NCBI RefSeq assembly: GCF_009914755.1
Contig: NC_060948.1
From: the human T2T-CHM13v2.0 reference genome, Homo sapiens
Strand: one strand, 5' to 3'
Length of the DNA: 64,000 nt
A model generated the notes under the pieces. That model was not told where the DNA came from, made no database searches, and saw only the letters and a program-made list of their open reading frames with translations. Made by a program: the position numbers and the translations under genes. Positions 36,368-55,717 of the stretch are shown here, piece by piece (position 1 is the stretch's first letter; the number at the start of each line of letters is the position of its first letter).

Positions 36368-38471
36368 AGATCCATATTTTTTAAATGAAAAAAAATTTCA
36401 AAGGTACTCTGCTTGGTACAATAATCAAATGTATAAACTGAGGAATAAAACATAACCATGAAACCTACTTATAACTGCATATGGAAAATACAGAGGATAA
36501 TTTTTTAAATAACATATTTTGAAAGCCTTAACTAGTAATTTGAAGAGTTGGCATTTGAAAGGCCAGTATGAATATACCTTCAAAGCAGCAACACAGGTTC
36601 CCCATGAGAAAAAGCAAACACAGGGAAAATAAAAACACAAAGGTTCAATCTCTTCTGACCTTTGAAAGACACAGCACAGACAGTGGTCCTTAGGACGAAG
36701 AGCAGGAGACCCCTAATTCCGTCACCATGGCGATAGGGCATAAACATTGCTGGGTGAGGGCACAATCCACATTGTGAGGTCCAACTGCTGCCAGGAAGAC
36801 AGGAGTGCTTTTACATAGACCGAAAGGTCATTGAAGGCTCAGAGTTTTGTTTCAAGAACTGAATCCCAAGCCCACACGTTATTAGGCTGCGCTTCTTAAA
36901 ACAAGTTATGAGATGGGAAAAAGGGCACCCACAAACATACGTATACATTATGTATATAATAATATACAGTATCATATATATAATATATATAACCTATGTA
37001 TAATATTGTTTTACATCCTGCATCTTATGTTATATATATTGTATAAAATATAATAATTGATAATATATAAGTTTTATAATTATACAATATGACATATAGT
37101 ATATATTATAATTTATGACATATATAATATATGTTATATATCATATATAGAGTATATTATACGGTTAATATACGTATTAAATATAAATTATACATTATAT
37201 ATATTATATATAATATATCTGTTATATATAATACCCATTATGCATAATATATATATTATGTCTATGTTATATATAGTATAAAACAACATATAATAATATA
37301 TAATTGTATATATAAAATGCGACATATAATATATATTATATTTTATAACATATGTAATATATATTATATATTATCTATAATACGTTGTATGTATAATACC
37401 TATATTAAATATATATTATATGACTATGTTATTAATTACATGTCACATGTGTTATATATTATATATTTTAAATAGAATATACCGGTTACATACAATATAT
37501 ACTATGTTACCTATAATGTATAATTTATTACATGTAAAATAAGGAATGCAATATATTATGTATAATTTATAATATACAATATGTGGAATGTGATATATAT
37601 AACATATAATATATGATATATGATATACAGTATATGATATATAACATACAATATATGATTCCTAATATATATGGTATACAATATATATTTTATGATATGT
37701 ATTCTATATGTTTTATATTCTGTTATATATAACTATTTGAAATTATATATAACTGTATAATATTTTATGTAATATGTAATATAATATATATAACTATATA
37801 ATATATTATATATAACTATATATTATGTTATATATACTTTTATAACATAATTTACATAAAATATCATAATATAATATATATTATATTATTTCATATTACA
37901 TAATATATATTACATATCACCCAATATAACTAACGTACATAATATTATAATATAGATTATATTATGTTATATTAAATATCATATATATCATGTATCATAT
38001 ATTCTATAGTATATATTACACATTATATAATATGTATGTTGTCTATTATGTGATATATATAACTATATATATAATTATATTTTTATACATATAACTAGAT
38101 AAACATGTAATTCTACATATTTTCATTTATAATATGTAGAATTATATAATCATATATAATTATTTATATTCTATAAAAAATTTTATCATTATATGAATTA
38201 TAATATATAAAAATTATAATATGTACTACAAATATATATATTATATATCATATATGATATAGTACCTTTGTTATATATCATAATACATATAAATGTGTAT
38301 TATGTTATCTATAATTATATAATTTCATATATAAGATGTATAATATGTATCATATATTATATATGTTATGTAATATATATAGTATATATAAGATGACACA
38401 GGATAAATATTATATACTATGACATATAAAATATATGAGGTTATATGTTACATATAATGCATAGCACATAA

Positions 38472-38786
<315 letters not shown>

Positions 38787-40891
38787 AGATCCGTATTTTT
38801 TAAATGAAAAAAAATTTCAAAGGTACTCTGCTTGGTACAATAATCAAATGTATAAACTGAGGAATAAAACATAACCATGAAACCTACTTATAACTGCATA
38901 TGGAAAATACAGAGGATAATTTTTTAAATAACATATTTTGAAAGCCTTAACTAGTAATTTGAAGAGTTGGCATTTGAAAGGCCAGTATGAATATACCTTC
39001 AAAGCAGCAACACAGGTTCCCCATGAGAAAAAGCAAACTCAGGGAAAATAAAACCACAAAGGTTCAATCTCTTCTGACCTTTGAAAGACACAGCACAGAC
39101 AGTGGTCCTTAGGACGAAGAGCAGGAGACCCCTAATTCCGTCACCATGGCGATAGGGCATAAACATTGCTGGGTGAGGGCACAATCCACATTGTGAGGTC
39201 CAACTGCTGCCAGGAAGACAGGAGTGCTTTTACATAGACCGAAAGGTCATTGAAGGCTCAGAGTTTTGTTTCAAGAACTGAATCCCAAGCCCACACGTTA
39301 TTAGGCTGCGCTTCTTAAAACAAGTTATGAGATGGGAAAAAGGGCACCCACAAACATACGTATACATTATGTATATAATAATATACAGTATCATATATAT
39401 AATATATATAACCTATGTATAATATTGTTTTACATCCTGCATCTTATGTTATATATATTGTATAAAATATAATAATTGATAATATATAAGTTTTATAATT
39501 ATACAATATGACATATAGTATATATTATAATTTATGACATATATAATATATGTTATATATCATATATAGAATATAGTATACGGTTAATATACGTATTAAA
39601 TATAAATTATACATTATATATATTATATATAATATATCTGTTATATATAATACCCATTATGCATAATATATATATTATGTCTATGTTATATATAGTATAA
39701 AACAACATATAATAATATATAATTGTATATATAAAATGCGACATATAATATATATTATATTTTATAACATATGTAATATATATTATATATTATATATAAT
39801 ACGTTGTATGTATAATACCTATATTAAATATATATTATATGACTATGTTATTAATTACATGTCACATGTGTTATATATTATATATTTTACATAGAATATA
39901 CCGGTTACATACAATATATACTATGTTACCTATAATGTATAATTTATTACATGTAAAATAAAGAATGCAATATATTATGTATAATTTATAATATACAATA
40001 TGTGGAATGTGATATATATAACATATAATATATGATATATGATATACAGTATATGATATATAACATACAATATATGATTCCTAATATATATGGTATACAA
40101 TATATATTTTATGATATGTATTCTATATGTTTTATATTCTGTTATATATAACTATTTGAAATTATATATAACTGTATAATATTTTATGTAAATATGTAAT
40201 ATAATATATATAACTATATAATATATTATATATAACTATATATTATGTTATATATACTTTTATAACATAATTTACATAAAATATCATAATATAATATATA
40301 TTATATTATTTCATATTACATAATATATATTACATATCACCCAATATAACTAACATACATAATATTATAATATAGATTATATTATGTTATATTAAATATC
40401 ATATATATCATGTATCATATATTCTATAATATATATTACACTTTATATATTATGTATGTTGTCTATTATGTGATATATATAACTATATATATAATTATAT
40501 TTTTATACATATAACTAGATAACCATGTAATTCTACATATTTTCATTTATAATATGTAGAATTATATAATCATATATAATTATTTATATTCTATAAAAAA
40601 TTTTATCATTATATAAATTATAATATATAAAAATTATAATATGTACTACAAATATATATATTATATATCATATATGATATAGTACCTTTGTTATATATCA
40701 TAATACATATAAATGTGTATTATGTTATCTATAATTATATAATTTCATATATAAGGTGTATAATATGTATCATATATTATATATGTTATGTAATATATAT
40801 AGTATATATAAGATGACACAGGATAAATATTATATACTATGACATATAAAATATATGAGGTTATATGTTACATATAAGGCATAGCACATAA

Positions 40892-41206
<315 letters not shown>

Positions 41207-43309
41207 AGATCCATATTTTTTAAATGAAAAAAAATTTCAAAGGTACTCTGCTTGGTACAATAATCAAATGTATAAACTGAGGAATAAAACATAACCATGA
41301 AACCTACTTATAACTGCATATGGAAAATACAGAGGATAATTTTTTAAATAACATATTTTGAAAGCCTTAACTAGTAATTTGAAGAGTTGGCATTTGAAAG
41401 GCCAGTATGAATATACCTTCAAAGCAGCAACACAGGTTCCCCATGAGAAAAAGCAAACACAGGGAAAATAAAAACACAAAGGTTCAATCTCTTCTGACCT
41501 TTGAAAGACACAGCACAGACAGTGGTCCTTAGGACGAAGAGCAGGAGACCCCTAATTCCGTCACCATGGCGATAGGGCATAAACATTGCTGGGTGAGGGC
41601 ACAATCCACATTGTGAGGTCCAACTGCTGCCAGGAAGACAGGAGTGCTTTTACATAGACCGAAAGGTCATTGAAGGCTCAGAGTTTTGTTTCAAGAACTG
41701 AATCCCAAGCCCACACGTTATTAGGCTGCGCTTCTTAAAACAAGTTATGAGATGGGAAAAAGGGCACCCACAAACATACGTATACATTATGTATATAATA
41801 ATATACAGTATCATATATATAATATATATAACCTATGTATAATATTGTTTTACATCCTGCATCTTATGTTATATATATTGTATAAAATATAATAATTGAT
41901 AATATATAAGTTTTATAATTATACAATATGACATATAGTATATATTATAATTTATGACATATATAATATATGTTATATATCATATATAGAATATAGTATA
42001 CGGTTAATATACGTATTAAATATAAATTATACATTATATATATTATATATAATATATCTGTTATATATAATACCCATTATGCATAATATATATATTATGT
42101 CTATGTTATATATAGTATAAAACAACATATAATAATATATAATTGTATATATAAAATGCGACATATAATATATATTATATTTTATAACATATGTAATATA
42201 TATTATATATTATATATAATACGTTGTATGTATAATACCTATATTAAATATATATTATATGACTATGTTATTAATTACATGTCACATGTGTTATATATTA
42301 TATATTTTACATAGAATATACCGGTTACATACAATATATACTATGTTACCTATAATGTATAATTTATTACATGTAAAATAAAGAATGCAATATATTATGT
42401 ATAATTTATAATATACAATATGTGGAATGTGATATATATAACATATAATATATGATATATGATATACAGTATATGATATATAACATACAATATATGATTC
42501 CTAATATATATGGTATACAATATATATTTTATGATATGTATTCTATATGTTTTATATTCTGTTATATATAACTATTTGAAATTATATATAACTGTATAAT
42601 ATTTTATGTAAATATGTAATATAATATATATAACTATATAATATATTATATATAACTATATATTATGTTATGTATACTTTTATAACATAATTTACAAAAA
42701 ATATCATAATATAATATATATTATATTATTTCATATTACATAATATATATTACATATCACCCAATATAACTAACATACATAATATTATAATATAGATTAT
42801 ATTATGTTATATTAAATATCATATATATCATGTATCATATATTCTATAATATATATTACACATTATATAATATGTATGCTGTCTATTATGTGATATATAT
42901 AACTATATATAATTATATTTTTATACATATAACTAGATAAACATGTAATTCTACATATTTTCATTTATAATATGTAGAATTATATAATCATATATAATTA
43001 TTTATATTCTATAAAAAATTTTATCATTATATAAATTATAATATATAAAAATTATAATATGTACTACAAATATATATATTATATATCATATATGATATAG
43101 TACCTTTGTTATATATCATAATACATATAAATGTGTATTATGTTATCTATAATTATATAATTTCATATATAAGGTGTATAATATGTATCATATATTATAT
43201 ATGTTATGTAATATATATAGTATATATAAGATGACACAGGATAAATATTATATACTATGACATATAAAATATATGAGGTTATATGTTACATATAAGGCAT
43301 AGCACATAA

Positions 43310-43624
<315 letters not shown>

Positions 43625-45728
43625 AGATCCATATTTTTTAAATGAAAAAAAATTTCAAAGGTACTCTGCTTGGTACAATAATCAAATGTATAAACTGAGG
43701 AATAAAACATAACCATGAAACCTACTTATAACTGCATATGGAAAATACAGAGGATAATTTTTTAAATAACATATTTTGAAAGCCTTAACTAGTAATTTGA
43801 AGAGTTGGCATTTGAAAGGCCAGTATGAATATACCTTCAAAGCAGCAACACAGGTTCCCCATGAGAAAAAGCAAACACAGGGAAAATAAAAACACAAAGG
43901 TTCAATCTCTTCTGACCTTTGAAAGACACAGCACAGACAGTGGTCCTTAGGACGAAGAGCAGGAGACCCCTAATTCCGTCACCATGGCGATAGGGCATAA
44001 ACATTGCTGGGTGAGGGCACAATCCACATTGTGAGGTCCAACTGCTGCCAGGAAGACAGGAGTGCTTTTACATAGACCGAAAGGTCATTGAAGGCTCAGA
44101 GTTTTGTTTCAAGAACTGAATCCCAAGCCCACACGTTATTAGGCTGCGCTTCTTAAAACAAGTTATGAGATGGGAAAAAGGGCACCCACAAACATACGTA
44201 TACATTATGTATATAATAATATACAGTATCATATATATAATATATATAACCTATGTATAATATTGTTTTACATCCTGCATCTTATGTTATATATATTGTA
44301 TAAAATATAATAATTGATAATATATAAGTTTTATAATTATACAATATGACATATAGTATATATTATAATTTATGACATATATAATATATGTTATATATCA
44401 TATATAGAGTATATTATACGGTTAATATACGTATTAAATATAAATTATACATTATATATATTATATATAATATATCTGTTATATATAATACCCATTATGC
44501 ATAATATATATATTATGTCTATGTTATATATAGTATAAAACAACATATAATAATATATAATTGTATATATAAAATGCGACATATAATATATATTATATTT
44601 TATAACATATGTAATATATATTATATATTATCTATAATACGTTGTATGTATAATACCTATATTAAATATATATTATATGACTATGTTATTAATTACATGT
44701 CACATGTGTTATATATTATATATTTTAAATAGAATATACCGGTTACATACAATATATACTATGTTACCTATAATGTATAATTTATTACATGTAAAATAAG
44801 GAATGCAATATATTATGTATAATTTATAATATACAATATGTGGAATGTGATATATATAACATATAATATATGATATATGATATACAGTATATGATATATA
44901 ACATACAATATATGATTCCTAATATATATGGTATACAATATATATTTTATGATATGTATTCTATATGTTTTATATTCTGTTATATATAACTATTTGAAAT
45001 TATATATAACTGTATAATATTTTATGTAATATGTAATATAATATATATAACTATATAATATATTATATATAACTATATATTATGTTATATATACTTTTAT
45101 AACATAATTTACATAAAATATCATAATATAATATATATTATATTATTTCATATTACATAATATATATTACATATCACCCAATATAACTAACGTACATAAT
45201 ATTATAATATAGATTATATTATGTTATATTAAATATCATATATATCATGTATCATATATTCTATAGTATATATTATACATTATATAATATGTATGTTGTC
45301 TATTATGTGATATATATAACTATATATATAATTATATTTTTATACATATAACTAGATAAACATGTAATTCTACATATTTTCATTTATAATATGTAGAATT
45401 ATATAATCATATATAATTATTTATATTCTATAAAAAATTTTATCATTATATGAATTATAATATATAAAAATTATAATATGTACTACAAATATATATATTA
45501 TATATCATATATGATATAGTACCTTTGTTATATATCATAATACATATAAATGTGTATTATGTTATCTATAATTATATAATTTCATATATAAGATGTATAA
45601 TATGTATCATATATTATATATGTTATGTAATATATATAGTATATATAAGATGACACAGGATAAATATTATATACTATGACATATAAAATATATGAGGTTA
45701 TATGTTACATATAATGCATAGCACATAA

Positions 45729-46043
<315 letters not shown>

Positions 46044-48148
46044 AGATCCGTATTTTTTAAATGAAAAAAAATTTCAAAGGTACTCTGCTTGGTACAATAA
46101 TCAAATGTATAAACTGAGGAATAAAACATAACCATGAAACCTACTTATAACTGCATATGGAAAATACAGAGGATAATTTTTTAAATAACATATTTTGAAA
46201 GCCTTAACTAGTAATTTGAAGAGTTGGCATTTGAAAGGCCAGTATGAATATACCTTCAAAGCAGCAACACAGGTTCCCCATGAGAAAAAGCAAACTCAGG
46301 GAAAATAAAACCACAAAGGTTCAATCTCTTCTGACCTTTGAAAGACACAGCACAGACAGTGGTCCTTAGGACGAAGAGCAGGAGACCCCTAATTCCGTCA
46401 CCATGGCGATAGGGCATAAACATTGCTGGGTGAGGGCACAATCCACATTGTGAGGTCCAACTGCTGCCAGGAAGACAGGAGTGCTTTTACATAGACCGAA
46501 AGGTCATTGAAGGCTCAGAGTTTTGTTTCAAGAACTGAATCCCAAGCCCACACGTTATTAGGCTGCGCTTCTTAAAACAAGTTATGAGATGGGAAAAAGG
46601 GCACCCACAAACATACGTATACATTATGTATATAATAATATACAGTATCATATATATAATATATATAACCTATGTATAATATTGTTTTACATCCTGCATC
46701 TTATGTTATATATATTGTATAAAATATAATAATTGATAATATATAAGTTTTATAATTATACAATATGACATATAGTATATATTATAATTTATGACATATA
46801 TAATATATGTTATATATCATATATAGAATATATTATACGGTTAATATACGTATTAAATATAAATTATACATTATATATATTATATATAATATATCTGTTA
46901 TATATAATACCCATTATGCATAATATATATATTATGTCTATGTTATATATAGTATAAAACAACATATAATAATATATAATTGTATATATAAAATGCGACA
47001 TATAATATATATTATATTTTATAACATATGTAATATATATTATATATTATATATAATACGTTGTATGTATAATACCTATATTAAATATATATTATATGAC
47101 TATGTTATTAATTACATGTCACATGTGTTATATATTATATATTTTACATAGAATATACTGGTTAGATACAATATATACTATGTTACCTATAATGTATAAT
47201 TTATTACATGTAAAATAAAGAATGCAATATATTATGTATAATTTATAATATACAATATGTGGAATGTGATATATATAACATATAATATATGATATATGAT
47301 ATACAGTATATGATATATAACATACAATATATGATTCCTAATATATATGGTATACAATATATATTTTATGATATGTATTCTATATGTTTTATATTCTGTT
47401 ATATATAACTATTTGAAATTATATATAACTGTATAATATTTTATGTAAATATGTAATATAATATATATAACTATATAATATATTATATATAACTATATAT
47501 TATGTTATATATACTTTTATAACATAATTTACATAAAATATCATAATATAATATATATTATATTATTTCATATTACATAATATATATTACATATCACCCA
47601 ATATAACTAACATACATAATATTATAATATAGATTATATTATGTTATATTAAATATCATATATATCATGTATCATATATTCTATAATATATATTACACTT
47701 TATATAATATGTATGTTGTCTATTATGTGATATATATAACTATATATATAATTATATTTTTATACATATAACTAGATAACCATGTAATTCTACATATTTT
47801 CATTTATAATATGTAGAATTATATAATCATATATAATTATTTATATTCTATAAAAAATTTTATCATTATATAAATTATAATATATAAAAATTATAATATG
47901 TACTACAAATATATATATTATATATCATATATGATATAGTACCTTTGTTATATATCATAATACATATAAATGTGTATTATGTTATCTATAATTATATAAT
48001 TTCATATATAAGGTGTATAATATGTATCATATATTATATATGTTATGTAATATATATAGTATATATAAGATGACACAGGATAAATATTATATACTATGAC
48101 ATATAAAATATATGAGGTTATATGTTACATATAAGGCATAGCACATAA

Positions 48149-48463
<315 letters not shown>

Positions 48464-50567
48464 AGATCCATATTTTTTAAATGAAAAAAAATTTCAAAGG
48501 TACTCTGCTTGGTACAATAATCAAATGTATAAACTGAGGAATAAAACATAACCATGAAACCTACTTATAACTGCATATGGAAAATACAGAGGATAATTTT
48601 TTAAATAACATATTTTGAAAGCCTTAACTAGTAATTTGAAGAGTTGGCATTTGAAAGGCCAGTATGAATATACCTTCAAAGCAGCAACACAGGTTCCCCA
48701 TGAGAAAAAGCAAACACAGGGAAAATAAAAACACAAAGGTTCAATCTCTTCTGACCTTTGAAAGACACAGCACAGACAGTGGTCCTTAGGACGAAGAGCA
48801 GGAGACCCCTAATTCCGTCACCATGGCGATAGGGCATAAACATTGCTGGGTGAGGGCACAATCCACATTGTGAGGTCCAACTGCTGCCAGGAAGACAGGA
48901 GTGCTTTTACATAGACCGAAAGGTCATTGAAGGCTCAGAGTTTTGTTTCAAGAACTGAATCCCAAGCCCACACGTTATTAGGCTGCGCTTCTTAAAACAA
49001 GTTATGAGATGGGAAAAAGGGCACCCACAAACATACGTATACATTATGTATATAATAATATACAGTATCATATATATAATATATATAACCTATGTATAAT
49101 ATTGTTTTACATCCTGCATCTTATGTTATATATATTGTATAAAATATAATAATTGATAATATATAAGTTTTATAATTATACAATATGACATATAGTATAT
49201 ATTATAATTTATGACATATATAATATATGTTATATATCATATATAGAGTATATTATACGGTTAATATACGTATTAAATATAAATTATACATTATATATAT
49301 TATATATAATATATCTGTTATATATAATACCCATTATGCATAATATATATATTATGTCTATGTTATATATAGTATAAAACAACATATAATAATATATAAT
49401 TGTATATATAAAATGCGACATATAATATATATTATATTTTATAACATATGTAATATATATTATATATTATCTATAATACGTTGTATGTATAATACCTATA
49501 TTAAATATATATTATATGACTATGTTATTAATTACATGTCACATGTGTTATATATTATATATTTTAAATAGAATATACCGGTTACATACAATATATACTA
49601 TGTTACCTATAATGTATAATTTATTACATGTAAAATAAGGAATGCAATATATTATGTATAATTTATAATATACAATATGTGGAATGTGATATATATAACA
49701 TATAATATATGATATATGATATACAGTATATGATATATAACATACAATATATGATTCCTAATATATATGGTATACAATATATATTTTATGATATGTATTC
49801 TATATGTTTTATATTCTGTTATATATAACTATTTGAAATTATATATAACTGTATAATATTTTATGTAATATGTAATATAATATATATAACTATATAATAT
49901 ATTATATATAACTATATATTATGTTATATATACTTTTATAACATAATTTACATAAAATATCATAATATAATATATATTATATTATTTCATATTACATAAT
50001 ATATATTACATATCACCCAATATAACTAACGTACATAATATTATAATATAGATTATATTATGTTATATTAAATATCATATATATCATGTATCATATATTC
50101 TATAGTATATATTATACATTATATAATATGTATGTTGTCTATTATGTGATATATATAACTATATATATAATTATATTTTTATACATATAACTAGATAAAC
50201 ATGTAATTCTACATATTTTCATTTATAATATGTAGAATTATATAATCATATATAATTATTTATATTCTATAAAAAATTTTATCATTATATGAATTATAAT
50301 ATATAAAAATTATAATATGTACTACAAATATATATATTATATATCATATATGATATAGTACCTTTGTTATATATCATAATACATATAAATGTGTATTATG
50401 TTATCTATAATTATATAATTTCATATATAAGATGTATAATATGTATCATATATTATATATGTTATGTAATATATATAGTATATATAAGATGACACAGGAT
50501 AAATATTATATACTATGACATATAAAATATATGAGGTTATATGTTACATATAATGCATAGCACATAA

Positions 50568-50882
<315 letters not shown>

Positions 50883-52982
50883 AGATCCGTATTTTTTAAA
50901 TGAAAAAAAATTTCAAAGGTACTCTGCTTGGTACAATAATCAAATGTATAAACTGAGGAATAAAACATAACCATGAAACCTACTTATAACTGCATATGGA
51001 AAATACAGAGGATAATTTTTTAAATAACATATTTTGAAAGCCTTAACTAGTAATTTGAAGAGTTGGCATTTGAAAGGCCAGTATGAATATACCTTCAAAG
51101 CAGCAACACAGGTTCCCCATGAGAAAAAGCAAACTCAGGGAAAATAAAACCACAAAGGTTCAATCTCTTCTGACCTTTGAAAGACACAGCACAGACAGTG
51201 GTCCTTAGGACGAAGAGCAGGAGACCCCTAATTCCGTCACCATGGCGATAGGGCATAAACATTGCTGGGTGAGGGCACAATCCACATTGTGAGGTCCAAC
51301 TGCTGCCAGGAAGACAGGAGTGCTTTTACATAGACCGAAAGGTCATTGAAGGCTCAGAGTTTTGTTTCAAGAACTGAATCCCAAGCCCACACGTTATTAG
51401 GCTGCGCTTCTTAAAACAAGTTATGAGATGGGAAAAAGGGCACCCACAAACATACGTATACATTATGTATATAATAATATACAGTATCATATATATAATA
51501 TATATAACCTATGTATAATATAGTTTTACATCCTGCATCTTATGTTATATATATTGTATAAAATATAATAATTGATAATATATAAGTTTTATAATTATAC
51601 AATATGACATATAGTATATAATTTATGACATATATAATATATGTTATATATCATATATAGAATATATTATACGGTTAATATACGTATTAAATATAAATTA
51701 TACATTATATATATTATATATAATATATCTGTTATATATAATACCCATTATGCATAATATATATATTATGTCTATGTTATATATAGTATAAAACAACATA
51801 TAATAATATATAATTGTATATATAAAATGCGACATATAATATATATTATATTTTATAACATATGTAATATATATTATATATTATATATAATACGTTGTAT
51901 GTATAATACCTATATTAAATATATATTATATGACTATGTTATTAATTACATGTCACATGTGTTATATATTATATATTTTACATAGAATATACCGGTTAGA
52001 TACAATATATACTATGTTACCTATAATGTATAATTTATTACATGTAAAATAAAGAATGCAATATATTATGTATAATTTATAATATACAATATGTGGAATG
52101 TGATATATATAACATATAATATATGATATATGATATACAGTATATGATATATAACATACAATATATGATTCCTAATATATATGGTATACAATATATATTT
52201 TATGATATGTATTCTATATGTTTTATATTCTGTTATATATAACTATTTGAAATTATATATAACTGTATAATATTTTATGTAAATATGTAATATAATATAT
52301 ATAACTATATAATATATTATATATAACTATATATTATGTTATATATACTTTTATAACATAATTTACATAAAATATCATAATATAATATATATTATATTAT
52401 TTCATATTACATAATATATATTACATATCACCCAATATAACTAACATACATAATATTATAATATAGATTATATTATGTTATATTAAATATCATATATATC
52501 ATGTATCATATATTCTATAATATATATTACACTTTATATAATATGTATGTTGTCTATTATGTGATATATATAACTATATATATAATTATATTTTTATACA
52601 TATAACTAGATAACCATGTAATTCTACATATTTTCATTTATAATATGTAGAATTATATAATCATATACAATTATTTATATTCTATAAAAAATTTTATCAT
52701 TATATAAATTATAATATATAAAAATTATAATATGTACTACAAATATATATATTATATATCATATATGATATAGTACCTTTGTTATATATCATAATACATA
52801 TAAATGTGTATTATGTTATCTATAATTATATAATTTCATATATAAGGTGTATAATATGTATCATATATTATATATGTTATGTAATATATATAGTATATAT
52901 AAGATGACACAGGATAAATATTATATACTATGACATATAAAATATATGAGGTTATATGTTACATATAAGGCATAGCACATAA

Positions 52983-53297
<315 letters not shown>

Positions 53298-55402
53298 AGA
53301 TCCATATTTTTTAAATGAAAAAAAATTTCAAAGGTACTCTGCTTGGTACAATAATCAAATGTATAAACTGAGGAATAAAACATAACCATGAAACCTACTT
53401 ATAACTGCATATGGAAAATACAGAGGATAATTTTTTAAATAACATATTTTGAAAGCCTTAACTAGTAATTTGAAGAGTTGGCATTTGAAAGGCCAGTATG
53501 AATATACCTTCAAAGCAGCAACACAGGTTCCCCATGAGAAAAAGCAAACTCAGGGAAAATAAAACCACAAAGGTTCAATCTCTTCTGACCTTTGAAAGAC
53601 ACAGCACAGACAGTGGTCCTTAGGACGAAGAGCAGGAGACCCCTAATTCCGTCACCATGGCGATAGGGCATAAACATAGCTGGGTGAGGGCACAATCCAC
53701 ATTGTGAGGTCCAACTGCTGCCAGGAAGACAGGAGTGCTTTTACATAGACCGAAAGGTCATTGAAGGCTCAGAGTTTTGTTTCAAGAACTGAATCCCAAG
53801 CCCACACGTTATTAGGCTGCGCTTCTTAAAACAAGTTATGAGATGGGAAAAAGGGCACCCACAAACATACGTATACATTATGTATATAATAATATACAGT
53901 ATCATATATATAATATATATAACCTATGTATAATATTGTTTTACATCCTGCATCTTATGTTATATATATTGTATAAAATATAATAATTGATAATATATAA
54001 GTTTTATAATTATACAATATGACATATAGTATATATTATAATTTATGACATATATAATATATGTTATATATCATATATAGAATATATTATACGGTTAATA
54101 TACGTATTAAATATAAATTATACATTATATATATTATATATAATATATCTGTTATATATAATACCCATTATGCATAATATATATATTATGTCTATGTTAT
54201 ATATAGTATAAAACAACATATAATAATATATAATTGTATATATAAAATGCGACATATAATATATATTATATTTTATAACATATGTAATATATATTATATA
54301 TTATATATAATACGTTGTATGTATAATACCTATATTAAATATATATTATATGACTATGTTATTAATTACATGTCACATGTGTTATATATTATATATTTTA
54401 CATAGAATATACCGGTTAGATACAATATAAACTATGTTACCTATAATGTATAATTTATTACATGTAAAATAAAGAATGCAATATATTATGTATAATTTAT
54501 AATATACAATATGTGGATTGTGATATATATAACATATAATATATGATATATGATATACAGTATATGATATATAACATACAATATATGATTCCTAATATAT
54601 ATGGTATACAATATATATTTTATGATATGTATTCTATATGTTTTATATTCTGTTATATATAACTATTTGAAATTATATATAACTGTATAATATTTTATGT
54701 AAATATGTAATATAATATATATAACTATATAATATATTATATATAACTATATATTATGTTATGTATACTTTTATAACATAATTTACATAAAATATCATAA
54801 TATAATATATATTATATTATTTCATATTACATAATATATATTACATATCACCCAATATAACTAACATACATAATATTATAATATAGATTATATTATGTTA
54901 TATTAAATATCATATATATCATGTATCATATATTCTATAATATATATTACACATTATATAATATGTATGTTGTCTATTATGTGATATATATAACTATATA
55001 TATAATTATATTTTTATACATATAACTAGATAAACATGTAATTCTACATATTTTCATTTATAATATGTAGAATTATATAATCATATATAATTATTTATAT
55101 TCTATAAAAAATTTTATCATTATATAAATTATAATATATAAAAATTATAATATGTACTACAAATATATATATTATATATCATATATGATATAGTACCTTT
55201 GTTATATATCATAATACATATAAATGTGTATTATGTTATCTATAATTATATAATTTCATATATAAGGTGTATAATATGTATCATATATTATATATGTTAT
55301 GTAATATATATAGTATATATAAGATGACACAGGATAAATATTATATACTATGACATATAAAATATATGAGGTTATATGTTACATATAAGGCATAGCACAT
55401 AA

Positions 55403-55717
<315 letters not shown>

